Origin: Balanoglossus misakiensis
Lineage: Eukaryota; Animalia; Hemichordata
Reading direction: 5' to 3'
NCBI GenBank assembly: GCA_040954595.2
Contig: CM082578.2
Coordinates: 7,859,519-7,923,518 of the forward strand
DNA length: 64,000 nt
The position numbers were made by a program, and so were the translations under genes. Each line of letters opens with the position of its first letter. Position 1 is the first letter of the stretch. Below, piece after piece: positions 14,201 through 26,600 of this stretch. Under the pieces are notes generated by a model. It searched no databases. It saw nothing but the letters and a program-made list of their open reading frames with translations, and had not been told where the DNA came from.

Positions 14201-15448
14201 TCTGCAAAATAAATTTGACCACAATTTTTTAATTTCAACTCTTATAAAACATCGATATTATGAACAAGTGTCAAATTATGTGAGAAATATGTTGGTATCA
14301 TATGATCAAAGAAATGATTATGTGACAACTAAGGAACTCCTTATTAATACTGTACTGCCAATTTGTGACAATATATTTTGATTACATTAAGTTTCTGTCA
14401 GGGAGTTCACAGCTGCTCCTCTCTTCAACAGATTTCTTACTGGTTGTCTTGAACAGAGAAGGCCATCAGCAACAGGACTTGGGCGCGTAATTAACAACAC
14501 ACCACAAGCATCGCTCCGATTTGCGTAAGAATATGAAATTTGAGAAATTCACCTTCTCTTCTTCTAGTCTCTTTGCTTCTTCTTCCTCTTCCTGTTTCTT
14601 TCTTTCCTCTTCAGCTTTCTTCTCTTCTTCTAACCTCTGCTGTTCTAGTTTCTCCTGCTCTTTTCGTCGGACTTCTTCCTTCAAGGCTTCTTCTTTTGCC
14701 TTAATATCTTTCTTGTCAGATTTGCTTAATTTAATTAAAGGATAGTATGTAAAAGAATTGAAGTATTTCCATTGGTTTATAATATATCACTTTTTTAATC
14801 AAAGACATTACTTTCTTTATATACAAGTTTTCACATATTCATAAACTAGCATGTTGACCGTCCCCTATATACAATATGTACATACCCTCTATCTCTTCCA
14901 CCTTCTTTAGCAGAATCTTGTCTGTCTTTTCCACTGTACTTCCTTGATTCTTCTTTCTTCCCGTGATCACCCTTGTGACCTGCATCATACTCCCTTCCTC
15001 TTTTGAAGTCTCTGTAGTCCCTCCTGTCATTTCTCCTACCCTGCCCAGAATCCGACCTGGACTGCGAATGTCCAGAATCTGGTCTTGACTGTGAATAACC
15101 CTTATCGCCACTTCCTTTGAACTTATCTTTCTGGTCTGGTTTCCCTCTTCCCTTGTCTTTGTCATGGTTCTTGGAACTTGACGAAGTGTCTTCTTTGGCT
15201 TTACTCTTGTCGTCTTTGATAATAGCCTTGTCTTCTTTCGTAGTCGCGCCATCTCCCTCCATTTTGGCATCTTCTCTTTTCTCTACCTGATCTTTGCTTT
15301 CTATGGTCTTCTCGTCACCTTGTCCCTTCTCGGTACTTTTCACCCCATCTTTGTCATGGACCGATTCTTTCTGCACTGCCTCAGAGACTGCTACAACCTC
15401 TGCATCATCCACCTTAGTCTTGCCATCTGCATTTTCCTCTGTACTCAT
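2209..15448 (-). CDS. UPF2: Regulator of nonsense transcripts 2 (NMD factor, three MIF4G domains), multi-exon, ~1437 aa
   Basis: Hand-spliced, phase-consistent exons 5'->3': 14886-15448, 14553-14724, 14154-14201, 13866-13950, 13507-13583, 13196-13276, 12879-12908, 12484-12600, 12187-12234, 11697-11866, 11282-11456, 10917-11009, 10635-10674, 10281-10432, 10071-10137, 9715-9855, 9425-9531, 9103-9188, 8696-8804, 8527-8584, 8274-8329, 7813-7929, 7380-7607, 7109-7270, 6762-6900, 6388-6524, 5907-6093, 5560-5673, 5042-5214, 4376-4429, 3724-3819, 3270-3494, 2861-2939, 2404-2521, 2209-2218 (total 4314 nt, divisible by 3). Diagnostic UPF2 peptides: RPEESFFSKLDSSLKKNTAFIKKL, LDPPEHLFRLRLVCTLLDTCGQYFDRGSSKKKLDCF, ENAFFYCNPP, FVMITRKGNKQQYR, QHPKGVPDADLIFKSGGRRW*. 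Confidence 0.96.
2271..2388. repeat. Degenerate ~28-32 bp minisatellite (4 units) in the last UPF2 intron
   Basis: Four units of roughly CCTTAACC(T)ATTGTGTATG(A)AAAAGAG... Confidence 0.55.
13765..13840 (-). repeat. tRNA-like Pol III relic (SINE head or decayed tRNA pseudogene)
   Basis: Minus strand has A-box-like TGGCTGAGTGGTT (13830-13818) and B-box-like GAGTTTGAATCCC (13782-13770) at tRNA-like spacing. No intact cloverleaf can be formed. Confidence 0.4.
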
Positions 15449-16185
15449 CTTCCTTCTCTTCACATTTTATATCTGTAAAATCAATAATCCAATGATCAAA
15501 ATGAAAGTTAGAACATTGTATCACTTAACAATCCTGGTCATACTATACTAGGAACTGTGCATTTATACTGCAGCACACTGGAACTTTTGTTCCTCTCAGT
15601 AAACTTGACTGACGTTCAACCTGGTGGGCCTAGAGCTCAGCCTCAGCAGGGAGCTAGTATCCTAGATTTTAGCATAGGAACCCCTTAGGATGCATGATGC
15701 GAGAAAGTTGGACTATAGTTTTGACCTTGGAAAGTGCGCACAACATACATTTGTATATCAATACGATCTGGCCTCTTCAGGCTAGGCGCTGACATGAAAC
15801 TTTTGAAGTTCTTGGAAGCGTCCTCAAACTTTGAGTCAAAGTTCTCAGACTCAAGTCACGATTCTGGATCCACGGTTCACAACTTCGTGGGTTTCGACAT
15901 TGTAAACTATGACTCAAACATATGTCAGTGTCATTGCATGTTGTCAACGAGGGCTATCACTAACGATAGGTATTACGATTAACTCTATCATGCTGGCCAA
16001 ATTTGCAAAGCATGTGTGTAGTGGGTGTTTGTGTCGCTTTGTTTTGGTGCGCGACACTGCACTTGACTGATTGTAAACAACAACCGAACAGCAGCAGAAG
16101 AAGATGAAACATATCATGCCATGGCACAGCAAAATCCGTTGGACGCTTCAACTCCTACACCAATCAAATTCAACGAAGTACTTAC

Positions 16186-16290
16186 TTCTCTCGATTCAGT
16201 CTAAAAATTTCGACAATGTACATGGAAATCGAAATAGTTTCATATATTTCTGCCTGGCTCGCCTCCTTTATCGGAAGTGCAAGTACGAAA
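16186..16290 (-). other. UPF2: Probable non-coding first exon (5'UTR) of UPF2; 5' end approximate
   Basis: Minus-strand donor AA|GTAAGT at 16185, beside the promoter motif cluster. The acceptor at 15473-15474 (TTTTACAG) opens the exon that carries the start ATG at 15448. Confidence 0.6.
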
Positions 16291-16410
16291 ATGGCCGTCG
16301 TAACCAACGCGCATGCCCAGCAGAGATAATTCCGCGAAGCTCACAGGTCAAAGGTCAGATCAAAGATTGTGTGCGAAATACAAACTTTGGCGGGGAAACA
16401 CTAGTCGAGG
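16260..16410. promoter_or_regulatory. Compact bidirectional promoter shared by UPF2 (-) and MCM10 (+)
   Basis: CpG-rich segment between two divergent splice donors (16185 on minus, 16410 on plus). Motifs: ETS CGGAAGTG 16272-16279, YY1-like AAAATGGCCG 16288-16297, NRF1-like GCGCATGC 16309-16316, perfect DR1 AGGTCA-A-AGGTCA 16345-16357, TCF/LEF AGATCAAAG 16357-16365, E2F-like TTTGGCGGGGAAA 16386-16398. Confidence 0.7.
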
Positions 16411-17653
16411 TAGGTTAGCTTATTTGGTGGGTTTACACTTCGACGGTAGCAAAATCGCACTGTTGCTCTTCATAAAACACACTAGATGCGTTATCCTGAA
16501 AAGATCAACATCCGTTTTGAACTACTCGGCATGTCACTTCAAGGAAATTAAAGTTGATAGGAGTTGTTGTATGAATGGCCAAGACACAGATGGAGGTGCT
16601 CCGATCATGACTTAGTTGCATGGCAGGCCCAGTGTCGGGCTGTTTGTTGTTCCCAGCTGTTGTGCACTTATGGTTTGACACAGTCGGTAACAACTTACAT
16701 CCCTGCCACGCCAAGTTATCCCGATCAACCATGGAGGTTACCTCTGGATCAACCAACCATGGATGATGGAGGTAGCGCCCTCCTTGACTTGATTAGTGCA
16801 CATTCACTGGCTTACACCCAAAATGAATTTTAAAGATAAAATTACCACCAAATCACACAATTTACATGTACATGTATCGTGTTCAACAAAATCAAAATCT
16901 ATGTATTTGTGTGATGTCTGCTTTTTTGTGTTTGATTCTAAGATATTTATTTTGCTCTCTCAACCCCTCCCCCCCCCCACACACACACACGTACACCTGC
17001 ATCTTATGGGCCAGAGGCCTTGAAACGCAAGAAATAAATCTGATCTGAACCAATCTACTCCCTGTCCCATGCTCCATCTTAATTTTTCATGTCCAGAGCT
17101 AACATGTATGTAGTGTATCATGGACCTACCACAGATCAAATCTACTGTCTATGATTAAATCAACTGTGACATCATTTATGTACAATGTATGTCTCACTTG
17201 GGCAACCATTGAGCCATTGCTCAAAAAAGGCTTCCTTCACAGTCATCAAAAAGCTTCAATAATACCTGCTGGCTATACATTGTATATACGCACGATATGC
17301 ACATCAGTTTCATGACAAGATTAATTCAATCAAGATTATACATGCCACGGCCAGAACTAACAAAATCTCCTATATGGCCATGATCGCTTTTTTTTAATGT
17401 TTATTACAAATGAAATACTTGGGGGTGTTCTCTGTGCTTGGCTGCACCCAGAGGGACTGCCTGCTGCACTTTGGGTAAAGAGCTTCCAGCTAATTCTTTT
17501 ATCAGTTCCAATGTTATCTTTTCCTCCGCTTGCTAATCTTCAGAGAGGTCTCAGGGGAAATTACTTACAACCATTTTGACAAATGTCAGGAAGTGTAACA
17601 ATTTAATACCTTGTGTGTTTACATGTAACTTTTCTACAGTGAACACAGTCAAG

Positions 17654-20600
17654 ATGGATGACGACTATGGCTGTGATGACTTGGACATACTGACGGCGTT
17701 ATTGGATGAAGAGGATGACGCACAGGATACCACTCCGCAGCAGTTCAATTACACCAACAGGCCCAGCAGCCAGTCCTCCACATCACAGACAAACTCACAG
17801 ACTCCGAAATCATCAGAGTCGGATTCTCAGGACGGAAATGTTTTAGACAAATCCAAAGATGATCTCGTGGGTATGTAGTAGAGCGGTGGTGGAAAAGTAT
17901 AGAATTTGTTTTGGTTCTCTGTGTGTGGGGTGGCATGGGTCAGGATCATATGTTTTACATACTCTTCAGACACAAATTGCCACACATAATATGGGATGAT
18001 TCTTTGAAGATATAATATTAACTATTAGGAAACTTACATGTATGAGAAACTTTCAGAAAGAATGTCCTACAACTTTGGTAAACCATTTAATTTATCTAAC
18101 TGTAAAACTACCGGTATTCTCCCAAGAGCAATTAAAGAGCATCATTAACACTGTTTGCATTGTAAATTAGTCAATACTGTTATTCCTGCGTTTACGTATG
18201 ACCCTAATCAACTACATCGAGTTTCTTAACTTTTTAATCAGAGGAACTCCGACTGATGAAAGAAAAGATGAAGCAACTGGAAGCGCAGGTGAAATCCAAG
18301 GAGACTGCCGACCTAGCGACAAGTCAAGAGATCTTTTCTGATGCCATTAATCCAAGTATTGAAAATACGACAAAGAGGGAGAGAAGTGCTACTAATACAC
18401 AAAAAGGTTCGCATGAATTGAATGAATGTTGAGGGGCTTAATATCCTTCCTATTTGAGAGATTTTATAAGTCCAAATAAACATCAATTGTGATGTTCCTG
18501 ATTATTTCTTGTTCGGTTCAGTTTTTCCCCCCTAGTACTTCATCGTAAAATGAGATGGTATATAAAACCAGAGGGGAAGATCATCAGATGACTATAATCT
18601 CCTTTTTTAGCTTTGCTGTTTGTGATTTCTCTTAAAATTGCATGAAAGAGGCAAAACGTGTAGTATTCAGAAGTGACAATCAGCGTATAGAGGAGTCTGT
18701 GATTCTCTCAGGCATCAAGGTGATGATTTTGAAGGGTCATTCATATACACATGTAGGTGTCTTTGTAAAGATCAATAGCGATATCCTCCCTGAAATGACA
18801 TTCTCCTTAGTCAAATGTCTAGATTGGTGAAGCTCTGGATTCGAATAATAGCAGCATTAGTATTTCTATTTCCAATGTATACTGTAAAACGGGTTATTTT
18901 CGCGATATTGAAAGAGGCAACTGTTATGTGAGGATTAATTTTCACATTCTCATATATCACTAACTGCACCATTATCTCGTTATCTTTTTTGGCTCGCGTA
19001 TTTCGCGGAAATGTATTGCTTGCGAAAATAGCCCGTTTTACAGTATGTACTGTAATACCAATGGAGCTTTCTTTCCTCTCTGACTAAATGCACTCTAATA
19101 CAGGGAAGACAAGTACAAAAGCGAAGGCCGATCAACTTTTAGATGACCTTGATCATCAGAACTCAAGTTCAACATCCAAGACACAGAAGGAAGGTAGCTC
19201 GGTGGAGAATCTGTTTGGAAAGAATAAGAATCGGATCGCACACACCCAATATCCGTCACAAAAGATGGCAAAAGGAACAGGTATGTTTAGTGCTACATAC
19301 ATGTGCAAGTAATGTATTTATGACAGTAACTACTTCAGGTTAGCATTCCCAAAATAAAATAAGATGGCGTCTGATTATATTCATAATACGTAATATAAAA
19401 CTATGAAGTTTGCACTCATTTGATGCCGTCTTGTTCTGGGAAATGCTAAACTGTAATCATGCCCAAAGCTATCCTCATGTGATAGGCATTGACTAAACAT
19501 ATCTCCGATACATGCATCTACACTCACAGGAGTCACAGCTGACTCTGTGACTCTGCAACCTTCTCTTACAGCATACAACGAACAAAAATCTCTGTCGAAA
19601 AATCTTGGTGAGAGTAATCCGAGTATAAAAGAGCCTGTGAAAAACGGGCACCTATCCACCAAGAGTAACCAGTTTTCTGCACACACGTCTGCCATCCAAA
19701 GAAGAGATCCAAAGCACAAGGCAGAAGATGCGATGAAATGTGAAACAGAAGTATATTCGCAAATCAGACTAATGTGAGTACCATCCTTTATCAAAAGATA
19801 TATATATGATTTATCACTTTGTTCCGATACAACTACTGAACGTACTATATACATGTTGACTTTCATGATTAAGGGGATTGGTTTGTTATTTATAACCGTT
19901 TGTAAATATCAGTCTTGTTTTCAATCTCTTCTCTATGTGATAACCAATTATTGCCTTTCCGGTTTAATGTTAGGTTGAGTATACTTTCCCCTGGTTGTAT
20001 TTGTCGCTGGTATACTTGCAAATTGATGCACTGATAGCAAGGGCCAAATTTGTTCTTGGTTAAAATAGAATTAAGAAGCTGTTTTTATCTTCTGTAGCTA
20101 TGGATTTGTCACCAACCGCAAACAGAGTTTCTGCTACATTAATCTGATGAAGACTTATGACCTTTCAATTTCCCCCATGATAGAAAAAGAAATTTTGCTT
20201 TGAAAACTACTGTCTGTCATTTTAAGCTCATTTGGAGGAAAGCAGTTGTGTGTTACTTGTGTGAACTACTTGGCATTTGTGTGCGGGAGTAATTGCAGCC
20301 CTTTTCTTAGTACTGTGTGAAATCAGTGATTGAAACAACCTTGTCTAAGAGTTTTGAGAAACATCTGTCAGTGTTTTTAACACCTGTCAGTAAAAAGTAC
20401 ATTGCTGATAAAAAAAAATTAACACTGAGACACACACAGGAAGACTCCCTTCCTAATCATTCAAAATCTAACAGTCACAGATTTTTAAAATACAATAGTT
20501 GACAACAATACATATCGTTGATGCTTTTGCTCCAGTACTAAGAAAAGGTGTCTACATTTGTATCTGGATAATTCGTATCACAAAGACTCGTGTGACCAAT

Positions 20601-23600
20601 TTTCTGTATCCTCTTATAATATACATTTTCTCACTTTACATTTTGGTTGCGATGCAGAAACCCGCTGATATCATCAGAAATGATGAAGGTGAGAATGGAA
20701 GGGAGAAAGATGGTGAGAATGTCCGTGTTACGGAAACACATCAGCAGTGGTCGTCTCGATGGTGATTGGGTGACCGTGGGAGTTGTCGTCAACAAAATTC
20801 CTCCTAAGACGTCTGCAAATGTAAGTTTGATGCGTGTTTTATTGAATAGCCTTTGTCCTTGAGGCTGTGGCCAGAACAGTGTGACGAGTCACGTTCCAAG
20901 TTGAATTCAAATGCCCACAGCAAGCAATAAATGTCAATTGAATTTTAGTGGTGTGATTTTCATTATTTTTTTAAAATAAATCTTACGAGTACTGCCACTA
21001 AAGCACAAGAGCTGGTAACACAACGAATACTGTATTCAGTTTTATCTATATGCATGTAAGCTCCTGTTTAACTTTTGAGTGAAACGTTAAAATTTTAGAA
21101 GTTCAATTCATTTGAATGACATAAAACCAAAAAAAATGATTTCAGGTCATTCATTTCGTATATTCCTGTTATTTTCTGATACCTGCCGCAGGGAAAGCAA
21201 TACAGCATATGGAAACTGAACGATTTACAAAATGTCGACACGGTGACTTCGCTCTTCCTGTTCGGAGACGTGCACAAAGAACACTGGAAGACTTCCGTGG
21301 GAACCGTTATAGGACTTCTCAATGCGGAAGTGATGAGCCAAAAAGATGGAGTGAGTGTCGATTATTGATCTAATCCAGATGTTAGTGTGAAGTCAAGAAT
21401 TCTTAAATGATTGAGGAAGCATCTCGTATTGTCACACCACAATGATCTAAACAATCTGGTTGTCGATTATTGTGTTACAGTTGTGTTGAGTCCTGAGGAT
21501 GTTTGGTTTTGATCTTGAGTAGTGTGTCAAGTTGATAATATTTGTGAATGGGTGATGTTGAACATGCTGATTCTGAATGACAGTAAGACAGAATAGGCTG
21601 GATTACTATTACAGTCTCCTATATGAAATTCAAAATCAAATAATCTTTAATGATTGTCATCGATGTTCAGGCAGATGAAACAGCATTGAAAGTAGACCAC
21701 CCGCAGAAGATTATGATCATCGGAACTTCCAAGGATTTAGGTTTATGTAAAGGCAGGAGGAAAGATGGCAAGGGCTGTTCTATGTTCGTCAACAAGTAAG
21801 TGCCATTCTTTTACAGTTTACATTTAAACCTGTTTAAGCCGGTTAAGTGACTGGGAAAAAATGTTCAGTTCTTTTGCCACACGGTCCTATTACTCTTCTA
21901 TCGATGACATTGAAAAACAGTTGCATCTCTCAAAATTCAAAGACAGATGACATTTGATTAATTATTTTGTGATTTACATCAACAGGGCAGAGTGCGAGTT
22001 TTGCCAGTATCATGTGCAGTCGGCATACAAGAAGATGAGTGCCAAGAGATCAGATTTGCAGTCATCGTAAGTCAGTCTTTATTTGTATAATCAGTTACAT
22101 TTCCCAAATGTTTGGGGATGGGGCGCCAGCTATGGTGAGAATGGGGGAGGCATGAACTTGTAAATGTATCGTAGTTACACTTACCTGTGTTTTAATTTTG
22201 TTAAAATTTAATTTCAACTTAAAGGTAATTTGATGCAAGTTGTAATTTTGATGTATACCCGGTACTATAATATGAAAATTGAAATACACCTTGATGCGAT
22301 GTACATGTAGATGTGTGAAGAAGGACCAGTAGGTATACATGTTGATTATTTTAGCATACTTGTAACCACTACCGGGGGGTAAATACAAAATGTTTTTTCC
22401 CCCAGTAAATTATTTCATTTCTTATCATTAGGTACACTGGATCACAACCCAAAGCATTCAGGCAACAACTAAAAACCCAGAATATATTTTATGGAGGACA
22501 GTCATTCTCATCACAAAAGTAAGTATGTGTGCAACAGGCCAACCAAAATGAAGATTTGTGATCTTTCTAAACCCATCATTTTATGATTTAGCATGTATGA
22601 AAACGGAAGTAAGTTGTTCATTTGTAATTTTTAAAAGTTAATATCTTGCCGTCATATTTTTTTTATTTCCAAACAGACCATCACCATCAACGTCCAAAGG
22701 TGCTAAGAATTCAAAGGTCAACAATTCACTGAAGAGTCTAAATCTGTCAAAAGCTAAAGAGCTTCAAGAGAGTGACAACATCAACATAATGAAAATCAAT
22801 AGTTTATCTACCGAGGAAGCTGCTGATTTTTTAAGCGTAGCCAACGGAAATGAAGAATTGTAAGTTCCTGGACAAAATTTGATAGCTCTAACTGGTAGAA
22901 TGATGGAAATCCCTTGCACTTTGTGCTAATTTGTATTAAGATGAGCTGTGGTGGAAAAATAAAAACATATGGTTCAATTTTCATATTGTTGGTTTCTCTA
23001 TTAAATGTGCACCTTCAGTGTATTTTCATTCAGCCCTCAGCCCTTCTTATGTACTTTCCACTACTGAAATGTAATATTGTCATTTTTAGTCAAAACAGAC
23101 TGGTGACCCCAACTTTGGGATCTCGAAATCTGCTCCACCATATGAAGAAAGTTGAAGAAGAGGGTGAGTTTCCTTGCCTTTAGTTTAAATTGTTTTTCTT
23201 CATTTCGGATTTTCCTCTTGAAATGCGCATGATTTGTCACGAAAAGTTTTCACAGTTATTATTGACATAACTTGTACACTGCTTGAAAGCCATGTTCCAA
23301 GACGAGAAACCAGGCATTTTTCGGGCGATGTGCTTGTTGCACTTTAGCCCTAGCTCGCTCAGTAGAACAGGAGATTAAAATCATTGTGTACAACATGAAT
23401 CCATTTGATATATACACATATGACTGTTCACATTTTCAAAATACCAAATAGAGTTTCACCCAATGGAGTAAAGTGTCCTTGAAAAGCATTATCCTGACAG
23501 TTCATTGAAACCTATTTACTCACGTTCCAAGTGATCAAAATATACAGTGGGGTAAATATCATTGGCAATGGATGGTTTCAGAGAAATCTGTCGTGGGAAT

Positions 23601-26600
23601 TGCCTTAATTCACCAATCTCGATAGTTTTTTTTCAGATAAATTGTCGTTGCATTTAAGCTGCACTGTCCTGCAGCAAAAAAATCCTACAAAACACTGACT
23701 TCCTTTAATTTCAAGCGTATGACATTAATCCGTTTGATAAATTTACGACTCCTGACATTTTCACTGCACCGAATTGAGTTTCACCCAGTAGAGGAAAAGT
23801 GTCCTTGAAAGAGTACATGTATTGTGCTTACAGGTCATTGAAAATTTTCACTCGCGGTCTCGGTGAACAAAACGTAAAAGGGAAAAGCTTTTGTGAACTT
23901 TCTAAGTTGGTTTACATATGGCTGGTTCCTGAAGATTCCCTGTTAGCCATGTCTTTCATTATTTTCACTTAAAGGGATTTCTTTTTATGGTACTTTTTAT
24001 TTTTTGAGCACAAGTTTACATTTCTCTGAGTTTCTTCATAGATTTTGACCTCCACTCTTCTCTTGAAAAATACGAATACCTGTATTTGTGTTATAATATG
24101 ACCTATGAATAATCAAAGATCAGTAAAAACTTTTAGTCGGTCCTATTGGCAGATCTCCCCTTTAACCCTTGCATCCCAAGGCATGGTAGAGTCCGAATTG
24201 TGAAAATGCAGTAAAGTGTCGTGAGGTGAATTGAAAGATGTTCCACCCTCAACACACCGTCCTACCTCTGTTTTTCACAGAAAAAGTTAAAAAGGGACTG
24301 GTGCAGACAATCACAGCGTCGGAACTCTTGAAAATGCAAAAGCAGAAATTGAGTGAGCAGCAGAACGCTCGCAAGAGGAAGCTGAGCGCCACTGCAAGTC
24401 AGGGTTCGTCCGTCGCCAGTCAAGCCAGTGGACCAATGTTAGGCCGGGGTTTGAAGAAAGACCGTGATTTCTTTATCGATTTCAGCCCGCCATCAGCAAA
24501 GACTAAGAATTCAGCCGTATCTTCCACTATTGCGAAGGTAAGTGTTTGAGTTTGTCTTTAGGACAGAGTTGTTTGTGCCAATGTTTTAGATATAGCAGGG
24601 TTGTAGGTAAGAGGGGGTAGCGGGCATGAACGGGTGCTTACATTATTTTCTTACGGGTGACATTTTCTAAAAAGGCAACAACTATTTCTCCCCTCCCTTC
24701 TCCACCATTTCACCTGTTTTGAAATCTACCACCCACACTTTTCAAAGTTTTGTCACTTATATTTGAGCCAAGCTACTTCAAATCCACTTTCTTCCTTATA
24801 TACCACATTTTGCTAAAAAAAAGTTGGGGTCGGTCGCAAATAAAAAAAACATAGGGTTGCCAAAAACGTAGCGTTGGTCAAACCATGACGGAGAAACAAG
24901 GACAAAAGGAAATCTCACCCTCTACCTTGCAAGTTAATGACATCATTGAACGACAGAATATCCCACAACCAGCTCTGATCAAGCAACCTGTTGGTACTTT
25001 AATATTTACAGAAGAAAGCTGCGGCCATCTTGAAAGCCCAAGGTCCTCTGAGGAAAGAAAATCCCAATGCGATAGAAAAGTCGAGAACACCAACTTCTAA
25101 AACACAGGAAGCCATTCGCAGAAGAGTCGAAAGTAGCATTGGAAAGCTGTTCGAAGAAGGTGTGTATGACATCAGTGAAATTAATATTGATATATCATAA
25201 ATCCTGAAAATTATCTGTCAAACTGTAGACTTTGTTTGCTTTTGGCTTGTATGTGGTCATCAGATTTCAAGAATTCAAAGCATGTAAAGTATTGATTGAT
25301 ACTGGAGTGTTGTGTCTGCAGTTATAGCATATTTGTGGAGTTTTTGTTGATGAAACTACCAGGATGTTAGGTGATGTGGTGTAGAGTTCATGAAAATGGC
25401 TGTTTTAGTTTCATGTACACTGATTGTTTTTTGTGGGGTCTTTTTCCTTTGACATAGACAAGCCAGAGGAGCAACCAAAGAAGAAAAGGAAATTTCTGGG
25501 TGCAGATTTAGCGGAAATCGACACCAACTCAGAAGAATTCCTGAAAGTTATGCAAGCCAAGTCAAGACACTCGGATATGTTACATGAGGTGAGATTATAT
25601 TACATATTATTGACAGTGTATTAACTTAACTGTGAAGTGAGTTTTTGAAGACATAACCAATTGACGTCACCATATAAACGTCTCCGATGAGAGTACCCTC
25701 ATTGAGTTTCTGTGAGTGGTCGGAACAAGTACTTTGTCAGCACATACTTCTGCCATTACAGTGTATGTATGCACGCATTGTTGAAAAGCCTGTTGAAGAC
25801 ATCATTAGACAATAATATGCCTCCTGCTGTACCCTGAGATGTGAGACCTTCACACTTACTACGTATTTGGGAGTTTCAAGGTATCATATCGCGAAATTTA
25901 ACTTTCCGATCACAAAAGAGCAGACATAACCATGGCAACTCTGATGACATCATACAATGCATGTACCAGAACAAATGCCACTTGATTGAGCTTGCGTGAT
26001 GTTTGACATTTCACGTCAACAGTGAGACAGTATTTTCAATCTGCCGTTCGGAGAAATAACAAGCCACCAATCACGCCATCAGCATAGTACTTGTTGGAAG
26101 AAAAGACATGTTGTACTTTTCAAATTGAAGCAACAGACAGTGCAGTCGTTCTGGGGTGAAAGTGACTTTGAACTTGAAGTGGATTTTGTATCCGTTGGTG
26201 TGATCATCAAATGTGAATTTCATGTACATCTGGAGAGTCATTTGATATTTTTTTTTTTTTAATCAGGATTTAAATAAACATCCCATGGAACAGCTAAAAC
26301 TATATTTGTATTTAACACAACAGCACAGACGGAAAAAAACAGCAACAAAATACAATTAAAGACAACACAAGACAAGACAAAACAACAGTAATTAGCAGAG
26401 AGTTGAATAACACAGTGAAACATTGAAAGATATGCCAAACCACTGAATTTTTCTCTCTGTCTGTCTGTCTGTCTGTTTGATGTAGGTGGAATCAGATCTC
26501 CAGGAGAAGTATTTCAATGAACTCGAAAAGAAGGAAAAGCTCGAGACAAAGATGGCATCTGTTGTCGAGAAAGAGTGCAGAGTGGTTTCTTGTCACCAGG

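Noticed and set aside
14839-15270. 143-aa alternative-frame ORF inside the first UPF2 coding exon
   Set aside because: Purine-rich low-complexity sequence lacks stops in shifted frames; no independent evidence.
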